Assembly: GCA_964590405.1 (NCBI GenBank)
Contig: CAZPXZ010000005.1
Location: forward strand, 1-61,021
Reading direction: 5' to 3'
Origin: an uncultured Rhodobacterales bacterium
Lineage (GTDB): Bacteria; Pseudomonadota; Alphaproteobacteria; Rhodobacterales; CAZPXZ01
DNA length: 61,021 nucleotides
Shown: piece by piece, positions 1-9,264 of the stretch
Position numbering within the stretch: the stretch's first letter is position 1
Layout: each line of letters starts with the position of its first letter
The notes under the pieces: model-generated
What the model was told of the DNA's origin: nothing
Databases searched by the model: none
Seen by the model: only the letters and a program-made list of their open reading frames with translations
Position numbers and translations under genes: made by a program

Positions 1-1177
1 CAAGAAGGACGCTCTTCCGACCTACCGTTCGGCGAACGGGACATGTCCGGGCGAGCGGGGATACCTGCCGCTGAACTGCTTCCTGTCGGAGCTTGGCATG
101 ATGCTCTACTCGGAGATGCGGGATGGCAACGTCCCCGCCCGGGAGGGGAATGCTCGATTGCCGGAGACGGTTCGGGAGGTGACGGTTCGAAGCGATTCCA
201 CGGGACACGGCGCGGAGGTGATCCGGTTCTGCAACCGGCCGGAGCTTCGGCCGGAAGCGACGCGGCGGTTCGGAGTAGTCGGATTTGCGATCTCGGCGGT
301 GCGCTCGTCGGAGTTGAAGGCGGCGGTGGAGGCGACGCCGGAGGCGGCATGGTCTCCCCTGCGGCGGCTGGAAGAGCGGACACGGCAAGTCTTGTCGATC
401 CACGCTGCCCGTCTCGTCCCTCACGGCCGACAGTTGATCCTGAAGTTGCGCGAGCAGGGCACCGAGGAGTTGCAGGCGGCTCTGGAGCGATTGGGCGCCC
501 GACCACCGGTGCCTGGTACCTGCCTGACGCAAGCCATTCGTTCCCGCTGCCGCGCGCCCGGGAAGCCGGACCGCATCTGGATATTGTTCAAATCTCTGCA
601 AGTTGGGCCCGGAAGGGCTGTCGAGTGAGATCGCAACGGCCGAACGCAGCCTCGCAAGCAGGCGAATCGCTTCTCGCAGTTCATCAGAACCCCGTTGCCC
701 CCGACATGGGGCCAGGGAGACCAAAATCAGCGAAAATGGTGGCAAACGCTCGCCCAACTCCCCGGCCCGATGAGTTGATCGCGGATCCGGGATCGCAGCG
801 ACCGGTCGACAATCTCATCGAAAGCCTCACAGTGTCGCCCCATCATCAGGATGAATTCAACGGTGTCGTTGTCAACAGTTCTGTTGAATTGTGGGCATTG
901 ATCATCACTGCTGTGCGGGCAGTTTCCCGGACAGTACCGGGCGCACTCAGATTTGTGCGTTGACGGGCCATCCCCTCGGGACCGGGTGTTCCGGAACCTT
1001 GGGCAGAAACCCAAAGCAGCCTTCGATCAAGTACGCCGAGGGCAGCAGTAACCCGTTTCGCTGAACCGAATCGAGCGACGTGAACGCTTTCCGCCCACCC
1101 AGAGACGTGAGAGCTTCGCTTGAGAATAGTTAAAATGTATCAGAGAGCTGCTCTTTCCCTTGATACTTGTGTTCTGT

Positions 1178-2257
1178 CTACTGACACTGTTCTCGGCAGC
1201 TTGTCTTCGCAAAGCCCGAGAAATGGTCAATGCGAGAAAGAATGTCGAAGCCTGGGGAATGACGGTCAGCCATCTCCCGCATCTCGGCTGCAGCGACATT
1301 CGCGCGTTCGGCCAGGACATCGCCGATCTCGGCAACGCTGATGTTCTCGGTTGCCTTGTGCGCGAGAACACCCGTCGTCATCCCGACCAGCAGAGCAAGA
1401 CCCGCCGGTCCTCCAAGCGTTCCGACCATTGTTACTGCTGCGAGCGTCGCACCGCTGCCTGCGGCACCCTTGAGTTGGCCATCGACGAACTCGGCGTACT
1501 CACCGGTCTGGTGGGCCTTGTGGAAGGCCCGCGCCAGCGCAACCACAGTAACGATCAGGAGTAGCGGATTTGTGCTTGCGAGGGCGGATACTCCCATCCC
1601 CCCGACGAGCCTGGCGAACGACTCCGTGTCCGCACGATTCCAGCAGAGCGCCGTCGCGACAACCCCGATGACACCTCCGAGAAGTTGCGGAGCGTCAAAG
1701 CTGTTGAGATCGTAGAACCAGTCTTTCGGGATGCCGAACTCCGATGCCAGGTATCCGGCCACCTCGTCATAGGTCGCCTTGTCCCACGTCGCGAGCGGGA
1801 GACCCTTGGGCGTGGTCATGTCCCGAAAGAGACCTTGCAGGAAGCCCATCGCCTCCTCGACGATGGTGTCGTCCGGAGATGCATCGCGGACAGCCCTGAA
1901 AGCACCGAGTACCGTGTGTCCGCCGTCAAACATCCGATGGTTTCCGCCACCGATGTAAGTCGCAAGGTACTCGGCATCCATCGCCTTGTCGTAGATGGTT
2001 GCGGATCCCTCCACCATGCCGGCCAACAGGCCGTTCAGATCGGTGGCCAGGCTGCTCGCCAGAAGTCCCTGGGTGGTCGCAAGAAGCCCGTCCGCATGGC
2101 GGCCCACGGAATCCAGGGTCGTTCGGGACATGTCCTTTACCCGGTTCACAGTCGCACGGGCAGACACCTCCGGAATGGTGTCCTGGATTGCCATTGCTGC
2201 AGAAGATGCCGTTTCCATGACCCTTTCCCTGGTGACTCTTTCCCGGAGCTTCTTCAT
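1178..2257 (-). CDS. hypothetical protein with a soluble N-terminal region and Gly/Ala/Val-rich hydrophobic C-terminal segments
   Basis: ORF 1178..2278. AGGAGA lies about 6 nt upstream of the ATG at 2257 (MKKLRERV...). Composition is protein-like. It contains the motif YIGGGNHRMFDGGH and hydrophobic runs (LLGGVIGVVATALCW, LLLIVTVVALA, GLALLVGMTTGVLA). I recognise no family. Confidence 0.55.
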   Translation of the reverse strand: MKKLRERVTRERVMETASSAAMAIQDTIPEVSARATVNRVKDMSRTTLDSVGRHADGLLATTQGLLASSLATDLNGLLAGMVEGSATIYDKAMDAEYLATYIGGGNHRMFDGGHTVLGAFRAVRDASPDDTIVEEAMGFLQGLFRDMTTPKGLPLATWDKATYDEVAGYLASEFGIPKDWFYDLNSFDAPQLLGGVIGVVATALCWNRADTESFARLVGGMGVSALASTNPLLLIVTVVALARAFHKAHQTGEYAEFVDGQLKGAAGSGATLAAVTMVGTLGGPAGLALLVGMTTGVLAHKATENISVAEIGDVLAERANVAAAEMREMADRHSPGFDILSRIDHFSGFAKTSCREQCQ

Positions 2258-2790
2258 CACATTCTCCTGTCGGGCCAACTGGTTCGGACCGCTGCCAGAC
2301 TAAGAGAAACACGGCAAACTTGAAAGTCCGCTCACATAGGACGTCAGCAAACCTCGATGAAGTGCCGCACTGGAGAATCCCTGGCACTTCACCCGACGCC
2401 GGTTCCCGGAATTCCGGCTTTGCCAGCCTCCACACGAATCTCGGGACATCTTGCGGGATGCGGCAATCGGACCGGTTTCATCCATCGAACCCGATTGGTC
2501 CCGAGACGCAAGAAATTCGCATCCATGCCGGCCATGGGCCAGGGGTACCACAGAATCCGGTGCCGCAGCATTCTGGAGCTGTACACACAGACAACCGCAC
2601 CGCCATCAAGTGGAGCGCAACGACAGTCGATTCAAACAGTACCTGCAACCCGTTCACGTCGCCCCAATCTCCAAGAAACTGTAGTTGCGATTGACACAAC
2701 GTTTGGACTCCAGTCGAGTGCGTCCCTTGAATCCTTGCGTCCAAATGTATGTACACCTTCGGATATGTGAAATCGAAACCGAAGGATCCG

Positions 2791-3292
2791 ATGAAATCCG
2801 CATCCCATTTCGCCCTTGCACTCGCGATCGCCGCCGCACCCTTGGCCGTTGCCGCCCAGAACGATTTCCCCAGCAAGCCAATCGAGGTTGTCAATAATTC
2901 CAGTTACAGTGGCGGCACCGATACCACTGCCCGCATGACAATGATCCGGTCCCGACGCAATCTCGAGACCGACATGTACGACGTCTCAATGCGCGTTGGC
3001 GCTGACGCGAACGCTTAGAATAACGTCCTGTCGAGAGATGTTGACGGTTACACCATCATGGCCCTGACGCAGCCGCACCTCTGCACGATGGATCAAGGCA
3101 CGTCGAACATGTCCATCGACGACATCACCAGCATTGCCCGAGCCATGGACGACCCGACCTTCATCGCCGTCAGCACGAAAGGCGAATGCCAGACCCTCGA
3201 GAACCTTGTCTCGGCCGGTATGGAGCGTGGACTGAACAGGGTTCGGCGGCACAGGGCATGTCGGGCTGGCCCAATTCTCCGACCGGACCGCG
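2791..3292 (+). pseudogene. tripartite tricarboxylate transporter substrate-binding protein (TctC/Bug family), frameshifted and 3'-truncated
   Basis: Signal peptide MKSASHFALALAIAAAPLAVAAQ followed by the DFPSKPIEVV motif. The homology continues in two other frames (..ALTQPHL..SIDDITSIARAMDDPTFIAVSTKGECQTLENLV.., then TGFGGTGHVGLAQFSDRTA) with stops between them. Confidence 0.6.
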
Positions 3293-3541
3293 CGATTTCC
3301 CCCACCGCGGAGCTTGCCAAAACAGGGCATTTCCGCGAGTATTGTCGTCCCGGGCATAATCGACACATCCATGGCGCCTCGGCCGGTGCCGACCCGCAAT
3401 TTGCTCGGAAGGGAAGGGACACCGGCGGAAGCCGCGCATCACGTCGTCAGCCCGTGCCACTCGAACACGACCTTCACAACGGGAAAGACCGTCCACGCGA
3501 ATGGCGGCGTGCAGTTGGCCCAGACTCATCCTGACGCGTGA
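3293..3541 (+). pseudogene. C-terminal fragment of a short-chain dehydrogenase/reductase (SDR), fused in frame to the TctC remnant
   Basis: ..GISASIVVPGIIDTSM....LLGREGTPAEAAHHVVSPCHSNTTFTTGKTVHANGG matches the SDR C-terminal pattern (PG.IDT.M, R.G.PEE.A, ITG....VDGG). No Rossmann N-terminus is present. Confidence 0.55.
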
Positions 3542-3566
3542 ACCGTCCAAATCCGGGAGTGCATCC

Positions 3567-4931
3567 ATGAAGGCAATCGCGGAAACCCTCGCCGACTGGG
3601 CCCTGGATCTCGACATCGGCAACATTCCGACCGACGTCGTCCGCACCCTTGGCCGCACGCTTCTCGACTCTGCCGGCCTGATAGTCGCTGGCCGAACTCG
3701 AGACTACGTGGCCGCAACCGCCGCAACCTGCGATGCAACCGGCGATTGCACGGCAATCGGACATGCACGCGGCTTCACCGCAAGCGATGCCGCGTTCGTC
3801 TCCGGCGTTGCAGCACATGGCGAGGACTATGACGATACCTTCGAGGGTACGCCTGTCCATGTCGGCTCGGTCATTGTCCCGGCGCTTCTCGCCGCCGCCG
3901 AGCAACATTCTCTCGGCGGGGAGCGATTGCTCGCGGGCCTGGCGACGGGAGGTGAATTATGCTGCCGCATGGCGGTGGTCGCACCAACCGCGATCCATCG
4001 GGCGGGCTTTCATCCCACCGCGGTGATCGGTGCCATGGGCGGCGCACTTGGCGTGGCAACCGCCATGCGTCTAACCCGGAAACAAACCGCGTCTGCGCTC
4101 GGCATTGCCGGCAGCATGGCATCCGGTGTGATCGAATACCTGGCAGAAGGAACATCCACCAAGCGCCTGCATCCCGGTTGGGCCGCCCAGTCGGGCCTCC
4201 GCGCAGCGGCACTTGCGGCAGCCGGATTCTCGGGGCCACGCACAATCTTCGAAGGCGAACACGGCTTCTACAAGGCCTTCGCGGAACCCGGCATTCCCCG
4301 CGACTACAACCGGCTTGCGGGAGGCCTCGGCGACACTTGGGAAGTCGCAAGCCTCGCCTTCAAGCCCTATGCCTGCGGAACCATGGCCCAGCCCTTCATC
4401 GATGCGGCCATTCGCCTGCGCACGGACATCCCGGATCCCGGACAGATCGAGGAGATCACCGCGCCTACTTCTGAAGCCGTTGTCCACCGCCTCTGGGAAC
4501 CGGCAACGGAGAAGGCAGCACCATCGACTCCGTACTCGGCGAAGTTCAGCGTGCCGTACTGTGTCGCGCTCGGACTGGTGGATGGAGCTGCCGGTCTGGC
4601 GCAGTTCAGCGAAGAGAAGATCCGCGATCCGGATCTCCGGTCGCTTGCCGCCAGAGTCCACTACAAGATCGACCCCTCCGACCCCTATCCGGAGAACTAT
4701 GTCGGATGCCTCCGGGTCCGGCTGTACGGAGGCAAGGTTCTCGAAGCAACACAGCCGCATCTCCGCGGTGGTCGCAGGGAACCGCTGAGCGATGCCGAAC
4801 TCGAGTCCAAGTTCCGCGCAAACACCGCGCTCGGCGGCTGGTCGAGGTCTCTCGCAGACGCCTTCCTGGCATTCACCCGTAGCGCTTTCGAAGCGAATGA
4901 CATGGCCGGACTTGCCCGGTTCCGCTGCTGA
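3567..4931 (+). CDS. MmgE/PrpD family protein (2-methylcitrate dehydratase-like)
   Basis: ORF 3501..4931. GGGAG lies 7 nt before the ATG at 3567 (MKAIAETLADWALDL). Length and N-terminal pattern are typical of the family (DTLG..lAG.., HGEDYDDT). Confidence 0.8.
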   Translation: MKAIAETLADWALDLDIGNIPTDVVRTLGRTLLDSAGLIVAGRTRDYVAATAATCDATGDCTAIGHARGFTASDAAFVSGVAAHGEDYDDTFEGTPVHVGSVIVPALLAAAEQHSLGGERLLAGLATGGELCCRMAVVAPTAIHRAGFHPTAVIGAMGGALGVATAMRLTRKQTASALGIAGSMASGVIEYLAEGTSTKRLHPGWAAQSGLRAAALAAAGFSGPRTIFEGEHGFYKAFAEPGIPRDYNRLAGGLGDTWEVASLAFKPYACGTMAQPFIDAAIRLRTDIPDPGQIEEITAPTSEAVVHRLWEPATEKAAPSTPYSAKFSVPYCVALGLVDGAAGLAQFSEEKIRDPDLRSLAARVHYKIDPSDPYPENYVGCLRVRLYGGKVLEATQPHLRGGRREPLSDAELESKFRANTALGGWSRSLADAFLAFTRSAFEANDMAGLARFRC

Positions 4932-4942
4932 AAGGAGGAAAC

Positions 4943-6136
4943 ATGCCGCACTTTCCCGCTTCCCCGGCGCTGTCCCATCTCCGGGTTCTCGACCTGACGC
5001 GGGTGCGCTCCGGACCGACGGCTGTGCGCCAGCTCGCGGACTGGGGTGCGGATGTGATCAAGATCGAGCAACCGGAGTCTCTCGAGGCGGACGGAGCGCT
5101 GGGTGCCGGACGGAACACTGCAGACTGGCAAAACCTGCAGCGTAACAAGCGCAGCCTGACGCTGAACCTCAAGGACCCCCAGGGCCTGTCCCTGTTCATG
5201 CGCCTGGTCGCTGGTGCCGACGTGGTGGTCGAGAATTTCCGGCCCGATGTGAAGGACCGTCTTGGCGTGGATTATGAAAGCCTCAGATCCGTCAACCCTC
5301 GCATCATCCTCGCGAGCATATCCGGCTTCGGCCAGACCGGCCCCTACGCAAAGCGACCCGGTTTCGACCAGATCGCACAGGGGATGGGCGGTCTCATGTC
5401 CATCACCGGCGAACCCGGTCGAGGCCCGATGCGAGTGGGAATTCCAATTGCAGACCTCACGGCGGGCCTGTTCTGTGCCATCGGAATCCTGACCGCGCTC
5501 ATTGAGCGGGAGAAGTCGGGAGAGGGGCAGTGGCTGTGCACATCTCTCCTGCAATCGCAGATCTTCATGCTGGATTTCCAGGCGGCACGCTGGCTGATGC
5601 AGGGCGAAGTCGCACCCCAGGTCGGCAATGAACATCCCACAAGCGTTCCCACAAACCGCTACGAAACCCGGGACGGCGCCATCAACATCGCGGTGGCCGG
5701 GGATGCGATCTGGCGACGGCTCTGCGAAGCGCTGGGCCGCCCGGACTGGGCGGAGGATGGGAATCTCGCCAACAACGACCTCCGCAAGGCGCACCGGAAC
5801 GAATTGAACGCCTCGATCCAGGAAATCACCAGGACCCGATCAAGCGCGGAATGGGTCACCATCCTGGCTGAAGCGGGCGTGCCCTGCGGTCCGGTGTATC
5901 GGATCGACGAGATGTTCGACGATCCCCAGGTACGGTGCCTCGGCGTGTCCGAACCGCTTCAGACCGAACCGTTCGGCGAAACGCAAGCGTTGGCACAGCC
6001 CTTCCGGATGTCCAGGACACCCGTTGCCCTGACCGCCGCACCGCCGGCGCGCGGACAGCACACCGACGAGATCCTTCGGGAATTGGAGGTCTCCGAAGAA
6101 GAAATCGCCGAACTGCGAGAGAATTCGATCGTCTGA
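4943..6136 (+). CDS. family III CoA-transferase (CaiB/BaiF)
   Basis: 397 aa. AAAGGAGGA RBS. L.HLRVLDLTRV.SGP....LADWGADVIKIE is the hallmark N-terminus, and GIPIADLTAG is also present. Confidence 0.9.
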   Translation: MPHFPASPALSHLRVLDLTRVRSGPTAVRQLADWGADVIKIEQPESLEADGALGAGRNTADWQNLQRNKRSLTLNLKDPQGLSLFMRLVAGADVVVENFRPDVKDRLGVDYESLRSVNPRIILASISGFGQTGPYAKRPGFDQIAQGMGGLMSITGEPGRGPMRVGIPIADLTAGLFCAIGILTALIEREKSGEGQWLCTSLLQSQIFMLDFQAARWLMQGEVAPQVGNEHPTSVPTNRYETRDGAINIAVAGDAIWRRLCEALGRPDWAEDGNLANNDLRKAHRNELNASIQEITRTRSSAEWVTILAEAGVPCGPVYRIDEMFDDPQVRCLGVSEPLQTEPFGETQALAQPFRMSRTPVALTAAPPARGQHTDEILRELEVSEEEIAELRENSIV

Positions 6137-6159
6137 ACCATCCCAGGGGGGACCCCGCC

Positions 6160-6987
6160 ATGAACACCCATGCAACAGCCGCCGTCGCGCTTTCCTTGCC
6201 GACCGAGAAGATCCAGGCCCACAGCGAAGGAGCCATCGGCCATATCGTGTTCAACAATCCGGAGCGCCACAACGCCGTTTCGCTCGAGATGTGGGGAGCT
6301 GTCGACATCGCTCTCAAGACCTTCGCCGAAGACGATGCAACACGGGTCGTCATCCTGTCGGGCGCGGGCGGCAAGTCGTTCGTATCCGGTGCCGACATCT
6401 CCAAATTCGAGAAGGAGCGCGGCTCGAAGGAAGCAGTCGACCACTACAATGCTCGCCTGAAAGTGATTTTCCGCGTCTTCGAGAGATATCCGAAGCCCAC
6501 CATCGCGATGATCAACGGTCACTGCATCGGCGGTGGCCTCAATCTCGCCGCCTGCAGCGACCTTCGCTACTGCTCGGAGAAGTCCAGGTTCTCCATGCCG
6601 GCAGCACGGCTTGCCCTGGGCTATCCGTATGACTCCATCCGCCGCCTGATGAACGCGGTGGGCCCCTCAGCAGCGAAGCAGCTCATGTTCACCGGACGGA
6701 GCATCGATGCCGAAACGGCATTTCGTATCGGTCTCGTGCATAGCGTGGTCCCGGAAGACGCACTCGAGGCACATGTCCGGGAAATCGCGGAAGGCATTGC
6801 AGAAAATGCTCCCCTGACCATCCGGGCGATGAAGTTCATCGCGAGTCAGGTCATGGAGCCGGACCCGGCCAGTCGTGACCTCGACCGGTGCGATGAGCTT
6901 GTTGCTGCCTGCTTCGCTTCGGCGGACTACGTGGAGGGACGGACCGCATTCATGGAGAAGCGCAAGCCCGTATTCCGGGGACATTGA
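6160..6987 (+). CDS. enoyl-CoA hydratase/isomerase (crotonase) family protein
   Basis: The in-frame ATG at 6160 gives MNTHATAAV... IGHIVFNNPERHNAVS, SGAGGKSFVSGADI and INGHCIGGGLNLA are crotonase motifs. Confidence 0.85.
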   Translation: MNTHATAAVALSLPTEKIQAHSEGAIGHIVFNNPERHNAVSLEMWGAVDIALKTFAEDDATRVVILSGAGGKSFVSGADISKFEKERGSKEAVDHYNARLKVIFRVFERYPKPTIAMINGHCIGGGLNLAACSDLRYCSEKSRFSMPAARLALGYPYDSIRRLMNAVGPSAAKQLMFTGRSIDAETAFRIGLVHSVVPEDALEAHVREIAEGIAENAPLTIRAMKFIASQVMEPDPASRDLDRCDELVAACFASADYVEGRTAFMEKRKPVFRGH

Positions 6988-6990
6988 GAC

Positions 6991-7731
6991 TTGGACCTCG
7001 CACCGGCAACGCTGCTCTACCTCGGAACGGCTGCTCTCGCGACTGCCACGTTGCACAGCGTCGGCGGCTTTGCCGGGGCGCTGATGATGGCGATTGCCAT
7101 CGCGCCGGCTGTCGGTGTGAAGGCGACGGTCCCGATCGTGGCAACGGCGATGATCGTGAGTCACGCTTCCCGGGCCTGGCTGTTTCGAAACGCAGTGAAC
7201 TGGTCGGTATTCCGGGTTGTCTTCCTGCCCGCACTGCCGTTCATCGTCCTGGGGGTGATCTTCTATGTCGAACTCCCGGAAGCCGCGGTGGCTCTCTTCC
7301 TGGGTGCATTTCTGATCGTCGCACTGCCGATGCGGCGCATTCTGGCGGGCCGCAAAGTCCCGATCCCCCACGCCGCACTGGCGGGTATCGCCGTTCCCTA
7401 TGGGTTCCTTTCCGGTGCGAGCTTCGGAGTCGCCATGATGATGGGGCCCTTCCTTCTGGGGGCCGGGCTGGCCGGAGAAACACTGATCGGCACGATGGCG
7501 GTGATCGGCATCCTTCTGAACGTCATCAAGACCGTCGCCTTCGGCCTGTCGCCGCTCCTGACAATGGAATACGCTCTAGTCGGCGCCGGAATGGGTCTCT
7601 GCACAATACCGGGTCATTGGATCGGTCGGTGGATCGTGCGACGTACATCGATCCGTGTCCATACGCTGATCCTGGAGGGATTTATTGGCGTCGGTGCAAT
7701 CTACTTTCTCTTCAAGGGACTCGCCGCATGA
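6991..7731 (+). CDS. TSUP (TauE/SafE) family membrane permease
   Basis: 246 aa and polytopic, with a duplicated GG.aG..mm / G.sfGvamm pattern. TTG start 3 nt after the crotonase stop. Its stop overlaps the next ATG (ATGA). Confidence 0.75.
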   Translation: MDLAPATLLYLGTAALATATLHSVGGFAGALMMAIAIAPAVGVKATVPIVATAMIVSHASRAWLFRNAVNWSVFRVVFLPALPFIVLGVIFYVELPEAAVALFLGAFLIVALPMRRILAGRKVPIPHAALAGIAVPYGFLSGASFGVAMMMGPFLLGAGLAGETLIGTMAVIGILLNVIKTVAFGLSPLLTMEYALVGAGMGLCTIPGHWIGRWIVRRTSIRVHTLILEGFIGVGAIYFLFKGLAA

Positions 7732-9245
7732 ATCCCCTGGCAGCTGCGCTTGTCTCACCTCTGGCCGGACGGCAGGAACCGCTGCTGTTTCTCCCGGACG
7801 CTTCCATGATCAACGGGGCAACCCTGCACGAGATCTCCGGTCGAGCGGCCAATGCATTGAAGGCGCTGGGTGTTCGACCGGGCGACCGTGTCGCGATGCA
7901 GGCGGAAAAGTCGCTGATGTCACTTGCCCTCTATCTTGCCTGCCTGCGAGCGGGAGCCGTGTTCCTGCCCCTGAACACCGCCTACACGGCGGTGGAAATG
8001 GAGTATTTCGTCCAGGACGCAACGCCCCGTGTCATGGTCGCCGATCCCACTGCGGAAGCAGCGCTGCGTCCGGTGGCGGAGAGTCACGGTGCGACATTCC
8101 TGACTCTGGATGCATCTGGAGAGGGGTCTTTCGCAAAGCAAGTCCGGACTACGGGTCCGGCATTCGGCACCGTCCCCCGCGCCGAAGAGGATCTCGCGGT
8201 CATTCTCTACACCTCCGGAACCACCGGGCGACCGAAGGGTGCGATGCTGACACATCGCAATTTGCTGTCCAACGCGAATGCCCTGGTCGAGACCTGGCGC
8301 TTCACGGAACGGGACATACTGCTGCATGCCCTGCCCATCTATCATGCCCACGGGCTGTTCGTGGCGACCAATGTCATTCTTCACTCCGGTGGCGCCATGA
8401 TCTTCCTGCCCCGGTTCGACCTTGACCAGATCATCGCCCACCTGCCGCGGGCAACGGCGATGATGGGTGTGCCGACCTTTTACACGCGCCTCCTCGGCGA
8501 TCCGCGCTTTGACCGGGAACTCGCCCGGCACATGCGAGTGTTCATCTCCGGGAGCGCACCACTCCTCGCGGAAACCCATCGCGCTTTCGAGGCGCGCACC
8601 GGCCACCGCATCATCGAGCGCTACGGCATGACGGAGACGAGCATGAACACCTCGAATCCCTATGACGGGGAGCGCCGGGCAGGTGCGGTCGGCTTTCCAC
8701 TTCCGGGCATCGACGCGCGGATCGCCGATCCCGAGACCGGGAACAGGCTTCCGCAGGGCGAGATCGGCATGCTAGAGATCAGCGGTCCGAACGTGTTCAG
8801 GGGATACTGGGGGATGCCGGAAAAGACGAAAGAGGAATTCCGTTCCGACGGGTTCTTCATTACCGGCGACCTGGCCCGGATCGACGCGGATGGATACATC
8901 CACATCGTCGGTCGTGCCAAGGACCTCGTGATCTCGGGGGGCTTCAATGTCTATCCGAAGGAGGTCGAGAGTGAAATCGATGCCTTGGACGGCATCATCG
9001 AATCCGCTGTCTTCGGCATTCATCATCCGGACTTCGGAGAAGGGGTCGTCGCGATCGCAGTTCGCGCCCCGGGATCCGCGATCTCCGAAGCCGACGTCAT
9101 CGCGGCCCTGGTCGATCGTCTTGCAAAATTCAAGCAACCAAAGCGGGTTCTGTTTGTGAAAGACCTTCCCCGGAACGCCATGGGCAAGGTGCAGAAAAAC
9201 CTGCTCCGCGACCGTTACGGCGGTCTGTTCGCAGAATCATCCTGA
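7728..9245 (+). CDS. matB: malonyl-CoA synthetase (malonate--CoA ligase)
   Basis: The 753-aa ORF is real only from the ATG at 7728 (MNPLAAALV). It aligns by eye along its whole length with my memory of Rhizobium MatB (LYLACLRAGAVFLPLNTAYT, ILYTSGTTGRPKGAMLTH, ISGSAPLLAETH, RYGMTETSMNTSNPY, PRNAMGKVQKN). Confidence 0.85.
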   Translation: MNPLAAALVSPLAGRQEPLLFLPDASMINGATLHEISGRAANALKALGVRPGDRVAMQAEKSLMSLALYLACLRAGAVFLPLNTAYTAVEMEYFVQDATPRVMVADPTAEAALRPVAESHGATFLTLDASGEGSFAKQVRTTGPAFGTVPRAEEDLAVILYTSGTTGRPKGAMLTHRNLLSNANALVETWRFTERDILLHALPIYHAHGLFVATNVILHSGGAMIFLPRFDLDQIIAHLPRATAMMGVPTFYTRLLGDPRFDRELARHMRVFISGSAPLLAETHRAFEARTGHRIIERYGMTETSMNTSNPYDGERRAGAVGFPLPGIDARIADPETGNRLPQGEIGMLEISGPNVFRGYWGMPEKTKEEFRSDGFFITGDLARIDADGYIHIVGRAKDLVISGGFNVYPKEVESEIDALDGIIESAVFGIHHPDFGEGVVAIAVRAPGSAISEADVIAALVDRLAKFKQPKRVLFVKDLPRNAMGKVQKNLLRDRYGGLFAESS

Positions 9246-9264
9246 ATCCGGAAGACGCGCCAAC

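Noticed and set aside
98-628. A 176-aa plus-strand ORF with fairly protein-like composition
   Set aside because: I recognise no family, and the frame is open to the window edge, so the start is unknown. Competing long ORFs cover the same DNA. It is mentioned as a finding but not called as a feature.
4697-5794. A 365-aa minus-strand ORF. Similar long antisense ORFs occur at 15259-15987, 16101-17273, 22458-23576, 34293-35342, 37238-38377, 45677-46873, 48355-49449, 52812-53786 and 52977-53891.
   Set aside because: Each lies antisense to a gene with clear family motifs, has an Arg/Gly/Pro/His-heavy low-complexity composition and lacks an RBS. These are shadow ORFs expected in G+C-rich DNA.
6984-9245. 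A 753-aa ORF suggesting a large fusion protein
   Set aside because: Only the part from the ATG at 7728 is MatB-like. The upstream 248 codons are Arg/Gly/Pro-rich read-through overlapping the TSUP gene in another frame, a typical high-GC artefact.
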